In this document: positions 28,266 to 40,568 of the stretch, in pieces
Layout of the letters: each line of letters starts with the position of its first letter
How positions within the stretch are numbered: position 1 is the stretch's first letter
Origin: Cyanophora paradoxa CCMP329
Taxonomy: Eukaryota > Plantae > Glaucophyta
NCBI GenBank assembly: GCA_004431415.1
Contig: QPMI01000062.1
Span: 1 to 64,000, forward strand
Direction of reading: 5' to 3'
Length of the DNA: 64,000 bases
Program-made: the position numbers and the translations under genes
Notes under the pieces: generated by a model
What the model was told of the DNA's origin: nothing
Databases searched by the model: none
Seen by the model: the letters and a program-made list of their open reading frames with translations, nothing else

Positions 28266-31112
28266 CTAGAGCTCGAAGTCGTCGCTGTAGGGCTCGGGGG
28301 CGGCCTCGGGCAGGTCGATCGCGTCCGCCTCGCCGAACGCGGCCCCGCAGGCGCCCGCCTCCGCCGAGGCGAAGCCGGCGGGGGTCTGCGGCGGGGCGGG
28401 CCTCGATGAGGGCACGCCGGCGGGGCGCGGGGAGGGGCCGGGGCGGGGCGCACGGCGAAGTCGGCGGGGTCGTCAACGAAGTCGGCGTAGTCCGCCTCGT
28501 CGTTCGCCGCCGCCTGCGCCCCGGCGTCGGCGGCGGCGGCGCCGGCGGGGCGGCCGGCCCGCTGAGCCGCGTCTTCCCGCGCACCGCGAGGGCCGGGGCC
28601 TTGGGCTGGTTGAAGAAGGCGCCGAAGGCTGCGAGGCGGGCCCTGCGTGAGGCGGAAGGCCGGAGCCGAGCGGGCGAGGGCGGGCGGGCGCACAGTCTTC
28701 GCCCAGGGCGACGACGGCCGAGTCGAGCTCGTAGGAGACCGCTGCGCCCGCGGGCGGCGTGAGGGCGCGTCGCGCGGCGGGGGCTCTCCGGGGCTCGGGC
28801 GCACCGGCGCGGTCCTCGGGGGCCGGGGGGCGGCCTCGGCCTCGGCGAGGGCCTCGGCGAGGGCCTGCTGCGTCCACGAGGCCGGCAGCGGGCCCGGCAG
28901 CGCCAGCTCCGCCAGCGACCCCGCCCCCGCGCCGGCGGCGCCCTCCCCCCCTTCCTCCTCCTCCTCCTCCTCGGACTCCCCCTCGGGCGTCGCCTCCGGC
29001 GCCTCGGGGGCCGCCTCCTCGCCCTCCTCCTCGGCGGGCTCCGCCGCGGCCTCCGCCACCGCCGCGGCCTCCGCCACCGCCTCGACCTCGGGCTCCTCGG
29101 GCGCCGCAGGCTCGGCCTCGGCGTCCTCGGTCTCCTCGGTGTCCGCCGCCTCCTCGGCCTCGGCTCCTGCAACCTCCGCCTCCGCCTCCTCCGCCTCGGG
29201 CTCGTGCAACTCGGCGGGCCCCGGCGCGACCTCGGGCTCAGGCTCAGACTCCGGCTCCTCCGGCTCGGCCTCGGGCTCCGCCTCGGCCTCGGGCTCAACC
29301 TCCGCCTCGGGCTCGGGCTCGGGCTCGGCCTCATGCTCGGCTTCGGGCTCGGCCTCGGGGGCCGCATCGGCGGGCTCCTCGGACTCCTCCGCCGGCGCGG
29401 CCGAGGCCGGGGCCGGCCCGCTGTAGTAGTTGATCACCACCGACGCCGCGCTCGCCGGCACCGGCGCCTCGGGGGCAGCCGCCGCATCCGCCGGCAGCGC
29501 CTCGGGCTCCGCCGGCAGCGGGCCCGGCTCCTCCTCCCCCTCCTCCTCTGCCTCCTCCTCCCCCTCATCCTCGGCGCCCTCCTGCCGGCCCCTCAGCGCC
29601 CTCGCCGCGCGGGACGAGCGGGGCGCTCACGTGGTAGCCCCAGGGGCGCTCCTCGGCGACGGCGGGGGCGGGGGGCACGAAGGTCGTCTCGACCTGCGGC
29701 TCGGGCGGGGGCGCCACGAACGTCACCGGCGCCTCCCGCGGCTCCCCCGCCTGCCCCGGCCCCGCCCCCTCGGCGAGGGCGCCACGGAAGGGGGGGGTCG
29801 GCGCCGCGCACCGCGGGGCGGCCGGCTCGCCGCGGATGCTCGCCAGGCTCTGCCGCAGCGCCTCGATCGCCTCCTGCGCGCCCCCGCCGTTGCCGTCAGC
29901 TGCCGCCGCTCCGCCCGGGCGGCTCTCGCCGCACCTGCGCGCTTTGGATCGCCGAATTCGTGCTCCCGGCGCCGACCGGGGCGGTCGGCACGACAGGGGC
30001 AGCGAGCTCTGCCGGCACCGGGGCCGGCGGGAAGACGAAGGGCGCCGGTGGGGCTGCCGGCACAACCGGAGCCGCGGCGACCACCGGGGCCGCCGGAGGA
30101 GCGGCGACCGCGGGGGCCGCCGAAGGCACAGCAACCGCAGGGGCGGCCGGGGCGGCGACGACAGCCGGGGCGGCGGCGACAGCCGGGCGGAATGCCGTCG
30201 CGGGGGCCACGGGGGCCGCTGGGAGCGCGTCAGCGGCAGCGTCCTCGTCCTCTGCAGGGCCCGCGTCGGCGTCGGCCTCCTCCTCCTCCTCGGCCTCCTC
30301 GGCCTCTGCGGCATCATCCGCAGCGGCCTCCTCGCCCCCCGCTTCCTCCCCCTCCTCGTCCGCCCCGCTCTGGGCGTGGCCGGCGCCGAAGCGGAGCCCG
30401 TCGGCGTGGTCGGAGGAGAGGTGGTGCATGATGTCCGGGCTCGGCATCGAGGGGCCTGCTCGCCCCGCTCGCCCGCCCCGCGCGCCACTGGGCCGCGCGG
30501 GAGGCGCGGGGCCGCACCGAGCTCCTGGCCGAGGGACCCCAGCTCGTAGGGCCCGCCGGCCACCGCCGCCTCCTCCCCCTCGCCCTTGTCCTCGCCCTCT
30601 CCGGCGGATCCCTCCTCCTCCTCCTCCTCCTCCCCGCCGTCTTCGACTGCGCACCGCGTATCCGCCTCCGCCACGCCACCGCAAGGCGCGGCTGCGCGGC
30701 GCACCGTCGGCGGCCGCTTCGGGCACCTCCGACTTGCCCGCCGTCCTCGCCGCCAGAGCGTCCCTGGGGTCGACCTCGTCCTCGTCCTCGTCCGCTGCGT
30801 AAAAGCCGGGTGAGGCGCCCCTGCTGGCGCCGAACGAGGCTGGGCGCCCGCGCCAACGGTAATTGTCGCACTTTTCGCACCCGGAGGAGGCGTCACTACG
30901 GCGGCCGCGCCTGCAATGCGAGATCAGCGGCCATTGGATGTGTCTGAGAGTCACGCACGTGGGGGCGCATGTACGACAGGCGCCGGTTGCCGAGAGGGGG
31001 CTGCCGGCGGTGCGGCGGCGGCCGTGCGCTCCGCGCCGACCAGCTCGTGGCCGCCCAAGTCAACGCACATGACTTGTCCATGCACTTCGAAGCAGTTCAG
31101 CTTGCTCGACAT
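28266..31112 (-). CDS. Hypothetical Ala/Glu/Pro-rich protein with small N-terminal CxxC motifs
   Basis: Predicted splice gives MSSKLNCFEVHG...ACRTC...GCEKC, then long AP and EPEPE/EEE low-complexity tracts. Ends YSDDFEL*. Confidence 0.5.
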
Positions 31113-31351
31113 CGCGTCCAACCTTTTCTAGCGGCCCGCAGAGCGCAACTGCCGCACTCCGGTAAACGCTGCGAAGCTCTGGCTCGGAGGCTGAGCGCTC
31201 AGCGGTTCAGCTGTTCGAGTGATGCACACGCCGAGTACGTCGAGTGCACCGAGGCGGGCACCCAGGCGAGTGGGGGAATGAACGCTGGCAGGGTACGGCG
31301 TTGCGAGATCTCCTTTGTTCACGCCTAGATTTTTAGGCGTCTTCTCTCGAC

Positions 31352-32944
31352 ATGGAGACCGCCTTCGCGACAGCGGCCCTCCCGGCCGTTCAGGGCACCG
31401 TTCAGTCCTTCCAGACGGCCCGCGTGGCCCGCCGCCCCGCGCGCGCCGCCCATGCCAGCCTCACCAGCAGCTTCGAGGGCCGGAAGGGGTTCTCCAGCTC
31501 GTTCGGCGGGCGCAAGATCTTCATGCAGTCGGCTCAGCGCACGTTCGCGGCTGTCCAGACCCGCATGAGCTTGATCGAGCAGCAGGAGGAGGCTGAGAAG
31601 GCCGCGCGTGTGAAGTCCGCTGGCTTCTCGTACGACGACTTCTCGAAGCTCCTGGATGAGACTGGCTACACCTTCAAGGTTGGCCAGATCGTCTCGGGCG
31701 TGATCGTGTCGCTGGAGAAGAACGGCAGCTTCGTGGACATCGGCTCGAAGGCCGCGGCCTGGCTGCCGCTCACCGAGACTTCCATCCGGAAGATCTCGAA
31801 GCCGGAGGAGGCGGTTACTGAGGGCGAGACCCGCGAGTTCTTCATCCTGAAGGTGCGATCGCGGAAGATATCTTCGAATTCGATCTCACCCCCAGCGCAG
31901 GAGGAGGATGCTGATGGCCAGCTCACTCTTTCTATTCGCCGCATGGAGTACCAGGCTGCGTGGGAGCGCTGCCGCGCCCTCCAGGTGCGACGCTCCGCCT
32001 GCCCCGCGCGTCCTGCAGATATTTTGTCCGGGCGCCCGCGCATGCGGCCCCCTAGACGCGGCGCAACACTATTCTCTTTTGAGTGCTCGGAGACGCGCAT
32101 CCGCGCAACTAGATCGCCGCTCAGCGCGTCCCCGCATGTGACCATCCCCGCATACGACCTTCGCTGACGCATGCGCGGCCGTCGTGCAGGCTGAGGACCA
32201 GACTGTCGAGGCTGAGATCATCCAGGTCAACCGTGGCGGTGCCATGGTCAACGTTGAGGGCCTCCGTGGCTTCGTCCCCGGCTCGCACCTCGGCATGCTG
32301 GCGACGATGGAGAACATCGGCCAGCGCATCCAGCTCAAGTTCCTTCAGGTCGACGAGGAGCAGAACCGCCTCGTTCTGTCCAACCGCCGGGCGATGCTCG
32401 AGTCCCAGGTCAAGCAGATCGATGTCGGCCAGGTCGCTATCGGCCTCGTCAAGTCGATCAAGCCGTACGGCGCTTTCGTCGACATCGGCGGCATCAACGG
32501 CCTGCTCCACATCTCCCAGATCTCCAGCGACCACATTGACAACGTCGCGGCGGTCCTCACGCCTGATGAGAAGATCAAGTGCATGGTCCTCCACGCCGAC
32601 ATGGACCGCGGCCGCATCTCGCTGTCCACCAAGCACCTCGAGCCCGAGCCTGGCGATTTCATCAAGAACCGCGCGCTCGTGTGGGACAAGGCCGAGGGTC
32701 CGCGCGTCGCTTTTGAAAATAGCAGCCCTCAGCCAGTCAGGCGCCTTACTTACGCCTGCTGTTCCTTTTCGCAGAGATGGCCGAGCGGTACCGGCTCGCG
32801 CAGGAGCAGCGCGCTGAGGCGAAGGCTGAGGTCGACCAGCTTCTCGGTGCGCTTTCCTTCTGTGAGACCCGTTTCCTGCTCCTGCTCATCCTCCGTGCAG
32901 GCGAGGCGACCGACGCCCCCGCCATCCCTGAGGAGCCGCTGTAA
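31352..32944 (+). CDS. rps1: Nucleus-encoded plastid 30S ribosomal protein S1
   Basis: Transit peptide METAFATAAL..., then three S1 domains (FVDIGSKAAAWLP, VEGLRGFVPGSH, KPYGAFVDIGGINGLLHISQIS) and RISLSTKHLEPEPGDFIKN, typical of cyanobacterial/plastid S1. Confidence 0.93.
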
Positions 32945-33538
32945 TCGCACCGGCCATGACTAGTCTGCGTCCACACGTCGGCGGACAGCAGGCCGCGACG
33001 AGTGAACGCCGAATTTCTCGTACTGCACCCACAGTCGTTAGCTAGCCTTATTCGGGTTCATCCTGTTGCTCCTTTTTCCTCTTAGGCAGATTCACTTCAC
33101 CCTCTTTCAATCGCGCATTGTATTTCAGGACACAAAGAAAATTGCGAGGTACAAACATTCGATTCCAGAAGCTTAAGACACTCATATGCATCTAGATCTA
33201 GACTGAGATTTGCCAGGCTGGCCATGGGGCTTCGGTGAGGCCCGGGGGCCGGGCCCTTCGCTGGTCCGCGAAGCGGCTTTCGAGCTATCATAGGACGCCC
33301 GTGGCCTCGGTGATAACGTTCAATTGCAATTTACAATGCGCATGCACATGCATATGCGTGATCTCCAAGTTCCCAGTTCGCAAGCCGCCGAGCCCCGGAC
33401 GTGCCGCGGCTGCGGCCGCCCCCTCGCTAGCGCTGCAGCTGGCTATGCTTGCCGCTTCGGACGGTTCGGAAAAAGTTTCATTATGCGCCCAGATACACAG
33501 AGCGTGCCGGGCCGTGAGCGGAGGAGGCGACTCCGGGC

Positions 33539-36500
33539 TCACTTCTTGCGCTTGGAGGCCGAGGAGCCGGAGGCGGAGGCGGCGTCGGATGGCGAGTACG
33601 GGGCCCCCGCGCTCCCGCTGGGGGCCGGCGAGCTGCCCGGCGAGTAGGCCGGCGAGCTCGGGCTGTAGGACGGCGTGCCCGGCGTGTAGCCCCCAGCCGC
33701 GGGGCTCGCCCCGGCGCCCGTCGGGCTGTGGCAGTGTGAGCGCGCGGCGACGGGGGGAGCAGGGGCGGGGCGGACCTGTACGCGGAGCCGGAGGCCTGGC
33801 CGGGCGAGTAGGCGGGGCTGCTCCCCGCGGGGCTCGGGCCGCTGTACGAGGCGCTGGCCGAGGGCGAGTAGGCCGGGCTCGACGGGCTGTACGACGGGCT
33901 GCTCGGGCTGCGCGCGCCGCTCAGCCGCGCGCCGGCGCAAAGCGCGGAGGCAGGGCGGGGGGGTGGCGGACCTGTAGCTGGGCGAGGTCGGGCTGTAGCT
34001 GGGAGAGGTCGGGGAGTAGGAGGGGGAGGTAGGGCTGTAGGAGGGCGAGTTCGGGCTGTACGAGGGGGAGGTGGGGCTGTAGGACGGGGAGGTGGGCGAG
34101 TAGGAGGGTGATGTCGGGGAGTAGGAGGGCGACGTGGGGCTGTAGGACGGGGAGGTGGGGCTGTACGAGGGGGAGGTGGGCGAGTAGCTGGGCGAGGTGG
34201 GCGAGTACGAGGGGGACGTCGGGGAGTAGGAGGGGGACGTTGGGGAGTACGAGGGCGAGGTCGGGGAGTAGGAGGGCGAGGTGGGCGAGTAGCCCGGCGA
34301 GGTGGGCGAGTACGAGGGCGAGTTGGGGCTGTACGAGGGGGAGTTGGGGCTGTAGCCGGGGGAGGCGACGCCGTAGCCCGGGCTGGTGGGGCTGTACGTG
34401 GGCGAGCCGTACCCCGCCCCGCCGGGGCTCCCCGGCTGGTACTGCGGCGAGTGCGGCGAGAGCATGGGGCTGAAGGCGGCGACGTAGGGGCTCTGCGCGT
34501 TGAAGGGGCTGAACTGGCCCTCGAAGGGCGTGTTGGGGCCGGGCGAGTTGCCGCCGAGGTGCGGGGTCATGCCCGAGTCGTAGGGGGTCATCTGCGGGCT
34601 CCGCCCGGGGCTCTCGGAGGCGAAGAACTCGGGGGCGCCGCCCTCGCCGACGCCGGGGCCCTCGACGGCGTTGGAGAGGGCGTCGACGTTGAGGAGCATG
34701 TCGAACGAGGCGGTGCCGAGGCGCGCGAGCTGCCCCAGCATGATGTTCTGCGTCACCCCCCGGCAGTTGTCCGCCTCTGAGAAGACCGACGCGTCGTTGA
34801 GGATGTCCACCGTCTCCTCGAAGGAGGAGCGCATGAGCGGGCCCGTGGAGATGCGGTTGATGCCGTGGCGGGTGATGGACATGAGGTAGCCGCGGCAGGT
34901 CATCACGTCGGCGAGGGTGGAGAGGTGGCGGTAGTTGACGTAGTTGCCGTCGAACTCGATGACGCCGCGCAGCTCCTTGAGCAGCGCCGCGCGCACCGCC
35001 TCGATGCCGAGCACCTGGATCACCTCCACGATGTCGTTGGAGATGGTGCGCGTGTGGTCGACGCCCTCCATCGACATGATCCGCAGCAGGTTCGTCCCCT
35101 CCGCGTCCAGCACGTACTCCGTGTGGTACTTGTACTTCCCGTTCCTGTCCGGCTTCTGCTCGAGGCGAGGGGGGCCGGTCAGGCCGGCCGGGGCGGCGGG
35201 GCGGAGCGGGGGCGGCGGGGCGGACCTTGTACTTGTACTCGCGCATGAAGACCTTCTTGATGTCGGGGATGCCCTTGAGGGTGAGCTTGTTGAGGAGGTT
35301 CGCCTCGATCTGCTTCAGGAACTCGAGGCCGTCCTCGCCCGTGCTCGCCTCCTCGCCCAGCTCCTTGCTCGCCTCCTCCGCGTTCTTCACGCGGATGCGG
35401 AGGATGAGCTGGTCGGCGTTGTCGTCGTTGTAGATGACGTGCAGGTCGTTGCCGAACTCGGCCGAGATCTTCTCGTCGATGTCCGCCATGGAGAGCTTCT
35501 TGTCGACCATCATCTCGCGGTTGAGCTCGATGCGGAGCAGCCAGGGGCTCATCTTGTCGAACTGCAGGTCCTCGTCGGGCATCTCGTAGTACGCCTGCAC
35601 GAACTCCTTGTCCTCCGGGACGACCGTCTCCTGCGGGTTCGGGTCGAAGTAGATCTCCGTCGCCGCCGTCACCGTCCGCAGCGTCGTGTGCTCCAGCTCG
35701 CACTGCACCAGCTTCGCGTGCTCCGCCTTCTTCTCCAGGCTCATCTCCCCCTCCGGGTTCGTCAGGTTGTCCTTGGGGTACGCGATGAAGATGGTCGTGA
35801 GGGGCGTCTTGAGCTTCTTGGCGATGTTGATGATCTCGCGGAGGCGCGGCACGCCGAGGGTGACGTTCTTGGCGGAGACACCGGCGTAGTGGAAGGTGTT
35901 GAGGGTCATCTGCGTCGCCGGCTCGCCGATCGACTGCGCCGCGATGGCCCCGACCATCTCGCCCGGGTGCGCGATCGCCTGGTTGAAGCGCGACTCGATC
36001 TCACCTGCGCGCGCCCGCCGTGAGCCCGCGCCGGGGCGGGGCGGGGCCGGCGGGGGGGCGGCGGGGGGCGCACCGAGGAGCCACACGAAGGCGTCGGTGG
36101 AGAGGCGGTACTCGGCGAGGACGCGCTTGGTGGCGAGCGTGGAGCGCAGGTGGATTTTGAAGAGGCGCGTCGCGTTCTCCTGTGCCTCGCGCGACAGCGA
36201 GTCGTCCCCCGCGATCACCACCAGCTCCCGCGCCAGTTTCTGCGCAGGGGCGCCCGGGGTCGGCGCGCGGCGCGCAGCGCGCGGGGGCCCCGAGGGGCGG
36301 GGCGGGCGCACGTCGACGCCCTCGAGGATCTGGTCGGGGTGGAGGTCGGAGGGCTTCGAGGTGTCGACCTTGTAGATCTTCTGGGCGTTCCAGATGAGGC
36401 GCTTGAGGTTGACGGGGAGGTGGACGGCGCTCTCCCCCGAGGTGACGATCTCGGAGCGGAGGAGCTCGCGGTCGCGGAGGAGCTGCTCGAACTCCTTGTC

Positions 36501-39500
36501 GAGCTGGTGGCGGATGACGGCCGAGCCGCGCATCTCGGCGGCGACGTCGGGGTCGAGGAAGCCCTGCCCGAAGTTGCGGTCGTCGAGGTTCAGGCGGAAC
36601 CGCTTCTCCATCTCCTTGTCGTCCAGCTCCAGGCTGTCCAGCCGCTGGCCCTCGATGAACTCGCCGGCCATGCCGTCCTCGCCGTACAGGAACTGGATGA
36701 TGTCGCCCATGCTGTTCCGCGTCGTGTTGTCGTAGTGCACCATCACGTCCTCCATCGCCTTGATCAGGCGGCGCTGGATGTAGCCCGTCTCCGACGTCTT
36801 GACGGCCGTGTCGATGAGCCCCTCGCGGCCTCCCATGGCGTGGAAGAAGAACTCCTGCGGCGTGAGGCCGCGGAGGTACGAGTTCTCGACGAAGCCGCGC
36901 GACTCCGGGCCGTAGTCGTCCTTGGTGAAGTGCGGGAGGGTGCGGTTGCGGAAGCCGAAGGGGATGCGCTTCCCCTCGACGTTCTGCTGGCCCACGCAGG
37001 CGACCATCTGCGAGATGTTGATGAAGGAGCCCTTGCTCCCGCTCGTCACCATCGTCTTCACGTTGTTGGAGCGCTGCAGGGAGCCCTGGGCCGTCTTGCC
37101 GGCGGCGTCACGGGCCTGGTTGAGCGCGCGGTTGACCTTGTTCTCGAACGACTCGAGGAAGGAGCGGCCGGGCTGCAGCTCCATCTTGCCCTGCTGCGCC
37201 TGCATGATCACGGCGTCGACCTCCTCCTTGGCCTTGCGCAGCGTGCTGTTGATGCTCTCCATCGTCATGGCGTCGGCGATCGTGTCTCCGATGCCCACCG
37301 AGAAGCCGACGTTGATGAGCCAGTTGTTGATCACCTTCTGGGTCATGTTGAAGAAGATGCGCGCCGTGTCCGGCCCGTGCTCGTTCATGATCACGTGGAT
37401 GAGCGAGCCGGCCGACGTGCCCAGCGTGCGCTTGCAGACGATGCCGCAGAGGAGCTCGCCGTTCTCGATGCGGACCTGCGTGTCGCCGGGGGAGATGTCC
37501 GTCGACTCGCCGTCGGGGTGCGTGGAGTGGAAGCGGATGATGTTGACGTTGGGGAGGAAGGTGGAGAAGAGCTGCTTGCCGGACCAGCGGGGGCCCTTGG
37601 GGCTCTTGACGATGGCGGGGATGGGGAGGCGCCCGTCGAACGAGTCGAGGTGCATCACGATGTTCATGATGTTGTCCCGCTCGATGAACGTGTCCCGCAG
37701 CGTCATCTTCTGCGCCGCCATCAGCGTGTCCTGCGCAGCCCCCCGTGTCAGCGACAGCGGCGCTCGGCGAGCGCTCCGCGGGGAGCTCGCCTGCACGATG
37801 CCCATGACGGGGCGGTTGGACTGGGGCGAGACGATCTGGCGCGGCACGGCAATGATCTCGGAGGCCTCGGCGCGCGTCTCGAAGCTCTGGGGCACGTGCA
37901 AGTTCATTTCGTCGCCTGCACGGGCGGTCAGCGCGGGGGCGGAACGCGGGGGGCGGGAGGAGGAGGGACGGGCCATCGAAGTCTGCGTTGTAGGGGCTCG
38001 TGACGGAGAGGTTCAGGCGGAATGTGGAGTAGGGCATGACCTGCGCGCCGGCCCGCGTCAGACGAGGGCCGCCAGGCGCGCTCAGGCGGGATGCGCGCCT
38101 TGATGCGGTGGGCCATGATGGACATTTTGTGAAGGGACGGCTGCCGGTTGAAGAGCACGTAGTCGCCATCCTGCGCCTCGTCAGACCTCCGTCCGGCTGG
38201 CCCCGCGGCACACCGGCGGACCTGGATGTGGCGCTCGACCCTGTACCCCGGCTCCAAGTGCAGGTCGCTCGCCTTCGGCACGTAGCGCAGATCGAAGCTG
38301 CGGCGCTGTCGGCAACGCGCCCAGTCGCAAGAGGAGCCGCACGCGCTCACCGAGTGCCGTCCGAGCGGATGATGTAGCGGGCTCCGGGGTACTCGGTCGG
38401 GCCCGCTCGGATCAACTGGTACATCCTGCGATCGATGGAGGTTAGCAAGCATGACAACGAGGGGCCAGGGGCTAGGAAGCGCTGCTAGTCCCGGGGCGGA
38501 TCAGTTGCAAGAGTAAAGGAGTCGATCACAATGGATCAGAAACTTAGTACGAGATTTTGCGATTGGTCTCATCATATTGGCGCGCGGGAATGGGCATTGT
38601 GTATGGCTGCATCCGCACCGGTCCATGTTGTACGGGGTAACGATCTCCGGGGTAGTGAGGTTGAGCGCAATCGAACGCGGAACGCCGACCTGCGCGGGGC
38701 CGGTCGCACACCGCGCGGTATACTGGCCAAGCGGGCCGGACCTGATCGATGCCGAGATTGGGGTCGGCCGTGATGACAGTACGGGCGCTGAAGTCGACGC
38801 GCTTCCCCATCAGATTGCCGCGGATGCGGCCCTCCTTGCCCTTGAGGCGCTGGCAGATTGACTTGAGGGCACGCCCCGACCGCTGCTGGGCGGGAGGGAT
38901 GCCAGGCAGCTCGTTGTCCATGTAAGTCGCGATGTGATACTGCCCGCGCGTCAGAAGAGCTCATGGCTATCGAGAGAAAGCACGCCCATTACCTGCAGCT
39001 GAGTGACGAGCTCGTTTATGTGGTGGGCGGGAGCAGCGTTCTGCTCGTTCTTCCTAAGCTGTGCATTTGCCCTAACGATATCCATCAATTTTGAGGTAAG
39101 GTCGTCCTGCAAGGGGGCGTGAGCAAGATAACTTGAACAAGGAAGCCGAGACAAGGACCTCCGCGCGCTGAACAGAGTTCATTGCGATGCCAGGACGAAC
39201 GGCGGCAGGCGGAACCGGAAGGTGCGTGATGCAGAACCAGTCCGGGCGCGCCCAGCGGGGATCCAGGCCCATATGCCTGCAATCCTCATCGCTGATTCTC
39301 TTAAATATGTTATAAACCTGGAGACGACGTCGGAAGCAGAAGAACGGGAAAGGGCATGATGCTTCGAACCTGTTCAGGCATAAGAATGATCTTCTTCTCC
39401 TGGTTCTCGTCCAAAGTTTTCTTGAACTCGGCAGTGAGCTTCAGCCCGTCCTTCATGATCTTCGGCTGAGGATTGCCGCATCCGACGCGCCTGCAACGCA

Positions 39501-40166
39501 AAGAGATTCTAAGCGAACGCGACGAAGGCGCATCAGCGGCAACCCACTCACTTGGGCACGCCAGCCTTGTCGGCGGCCGCTGGGTCAAGGGAGACGTTCA
39601 TGTCGAGCTCCTCACCGCCCTCGCACATGGACTTCGACTTGCAGATGTCCATGACAGCCCGCAGCTTCGCTTCCGGGCGCTTGATCCGCTGCGCCGCCTT
39701 GAAGCGCACATCGTTCTGGCGGGACCATCTGACTTCCGGCGCGAAACGCAAGCGCGCGTTCTCGCTACCTTGTCGCAGAGGATCTTCGAACAGTTGAAGC
39801 ACACACAGCGGAGAACTTTCAGGATGGTGTTGAGGAAGCCGATGTGAAAGACAGGCTTCGCGAGCTCCAGATGGCCGAAATGACCAGGGCACTCCTGCAT
39901 TGTGCCTTGGCAAGTCTGGCACTTGTACTGCTTGTCGATGCTGCCCATGCGAGGGTCCATGAGCCCGCCGAGCTTCGGGCGCCCCGCCTCGAAGCACTCC
40001 GGGAACTCAATCTTCGCGACAGACATCCGCCGCTACACGAACGCGTTACCGCTGTGATTCCTAAGAGGCGAAGGGTGCTCACGACTTCATCGGGCGAGAG
40101 AACGCCGAACTGGATCTCTCGCACACGCTTCAGCTCGGCCGGGCTGAACGGATAGACGGTCGCCAT
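33539..40166 (-). CDS. RPB1: RNA polymerase II largest subunit
   Basis: [39 protein letters not shown], catalytic NADFDGD (split by an intron), [13 protein letters not shown], and YSPTSPS heptad CTD. Confidence 0.99.
33972..34398 (-). repeat. RPB1 CTD heptapeptide (21-bp) tandem repeats
   Basis: About 20 tandem [14 protein letters not shown] units, with further degenerate heptads downstream. Confidence 0.95.
38497..38580 (-). ncRNA. Intronic box C/D snoRNA (candidate 2'-O-methylation guide for the LSU rRNA sarcin-ricin helix)
   Basis: Lies in the 193-nt RPB1 intron 38426-38618. Box C ATGATGA (38575-38569), D' CTGA (38539-38536), C'-like GTGATCG, D CTGA (38504-38501). The D' guide TCTCGTACTAAGTT is complementary to AACUUAGUACGAGA. 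Confidence 0.85.
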
Positions 40167-40568
40167 CTGCGAGAATTGGCGTTCACGTGAGTTCAGCGCG
40201 TCGTCCGGTGCGGGCGCCGCGCGGCGAAGGCGATGTGAACGCGCTTTCGTCCTCCGCGTCGCCCGCGAACGCACGAACCTTGGCGGACTGTCCCCCGCGT
40301 TACGCGGGTAACGTGCGAGTAGGCCTGCTTGCGCTCGGCTGGTTCCAAGAGCCGATCGATGCGGCGACCCAAATTTCAGGTAGCCCCCTCGACTGACTTC
40401 GGACTTCCAACTGGGCTCCGGAGCCAGCAACCCACGAGAATCTGAGCCCACTCGCTCAGATCAGCAGTCGAGGCCACGCAGAACGCGTTCCATGCGCTAG
40501 CGGCCGAGTTCCAGCGCGCTCGCTTCGTCCGCCAACGCGACCGACCTGGGTCGGCCACGGTGTGGAAA

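Noticed and set aside
33972-34398. Regular 21-bp repeats resembling a CRISPR array or minisatellite
   Set aside because: These are the coding RPB1 CTD heptads and have no unique spacers.
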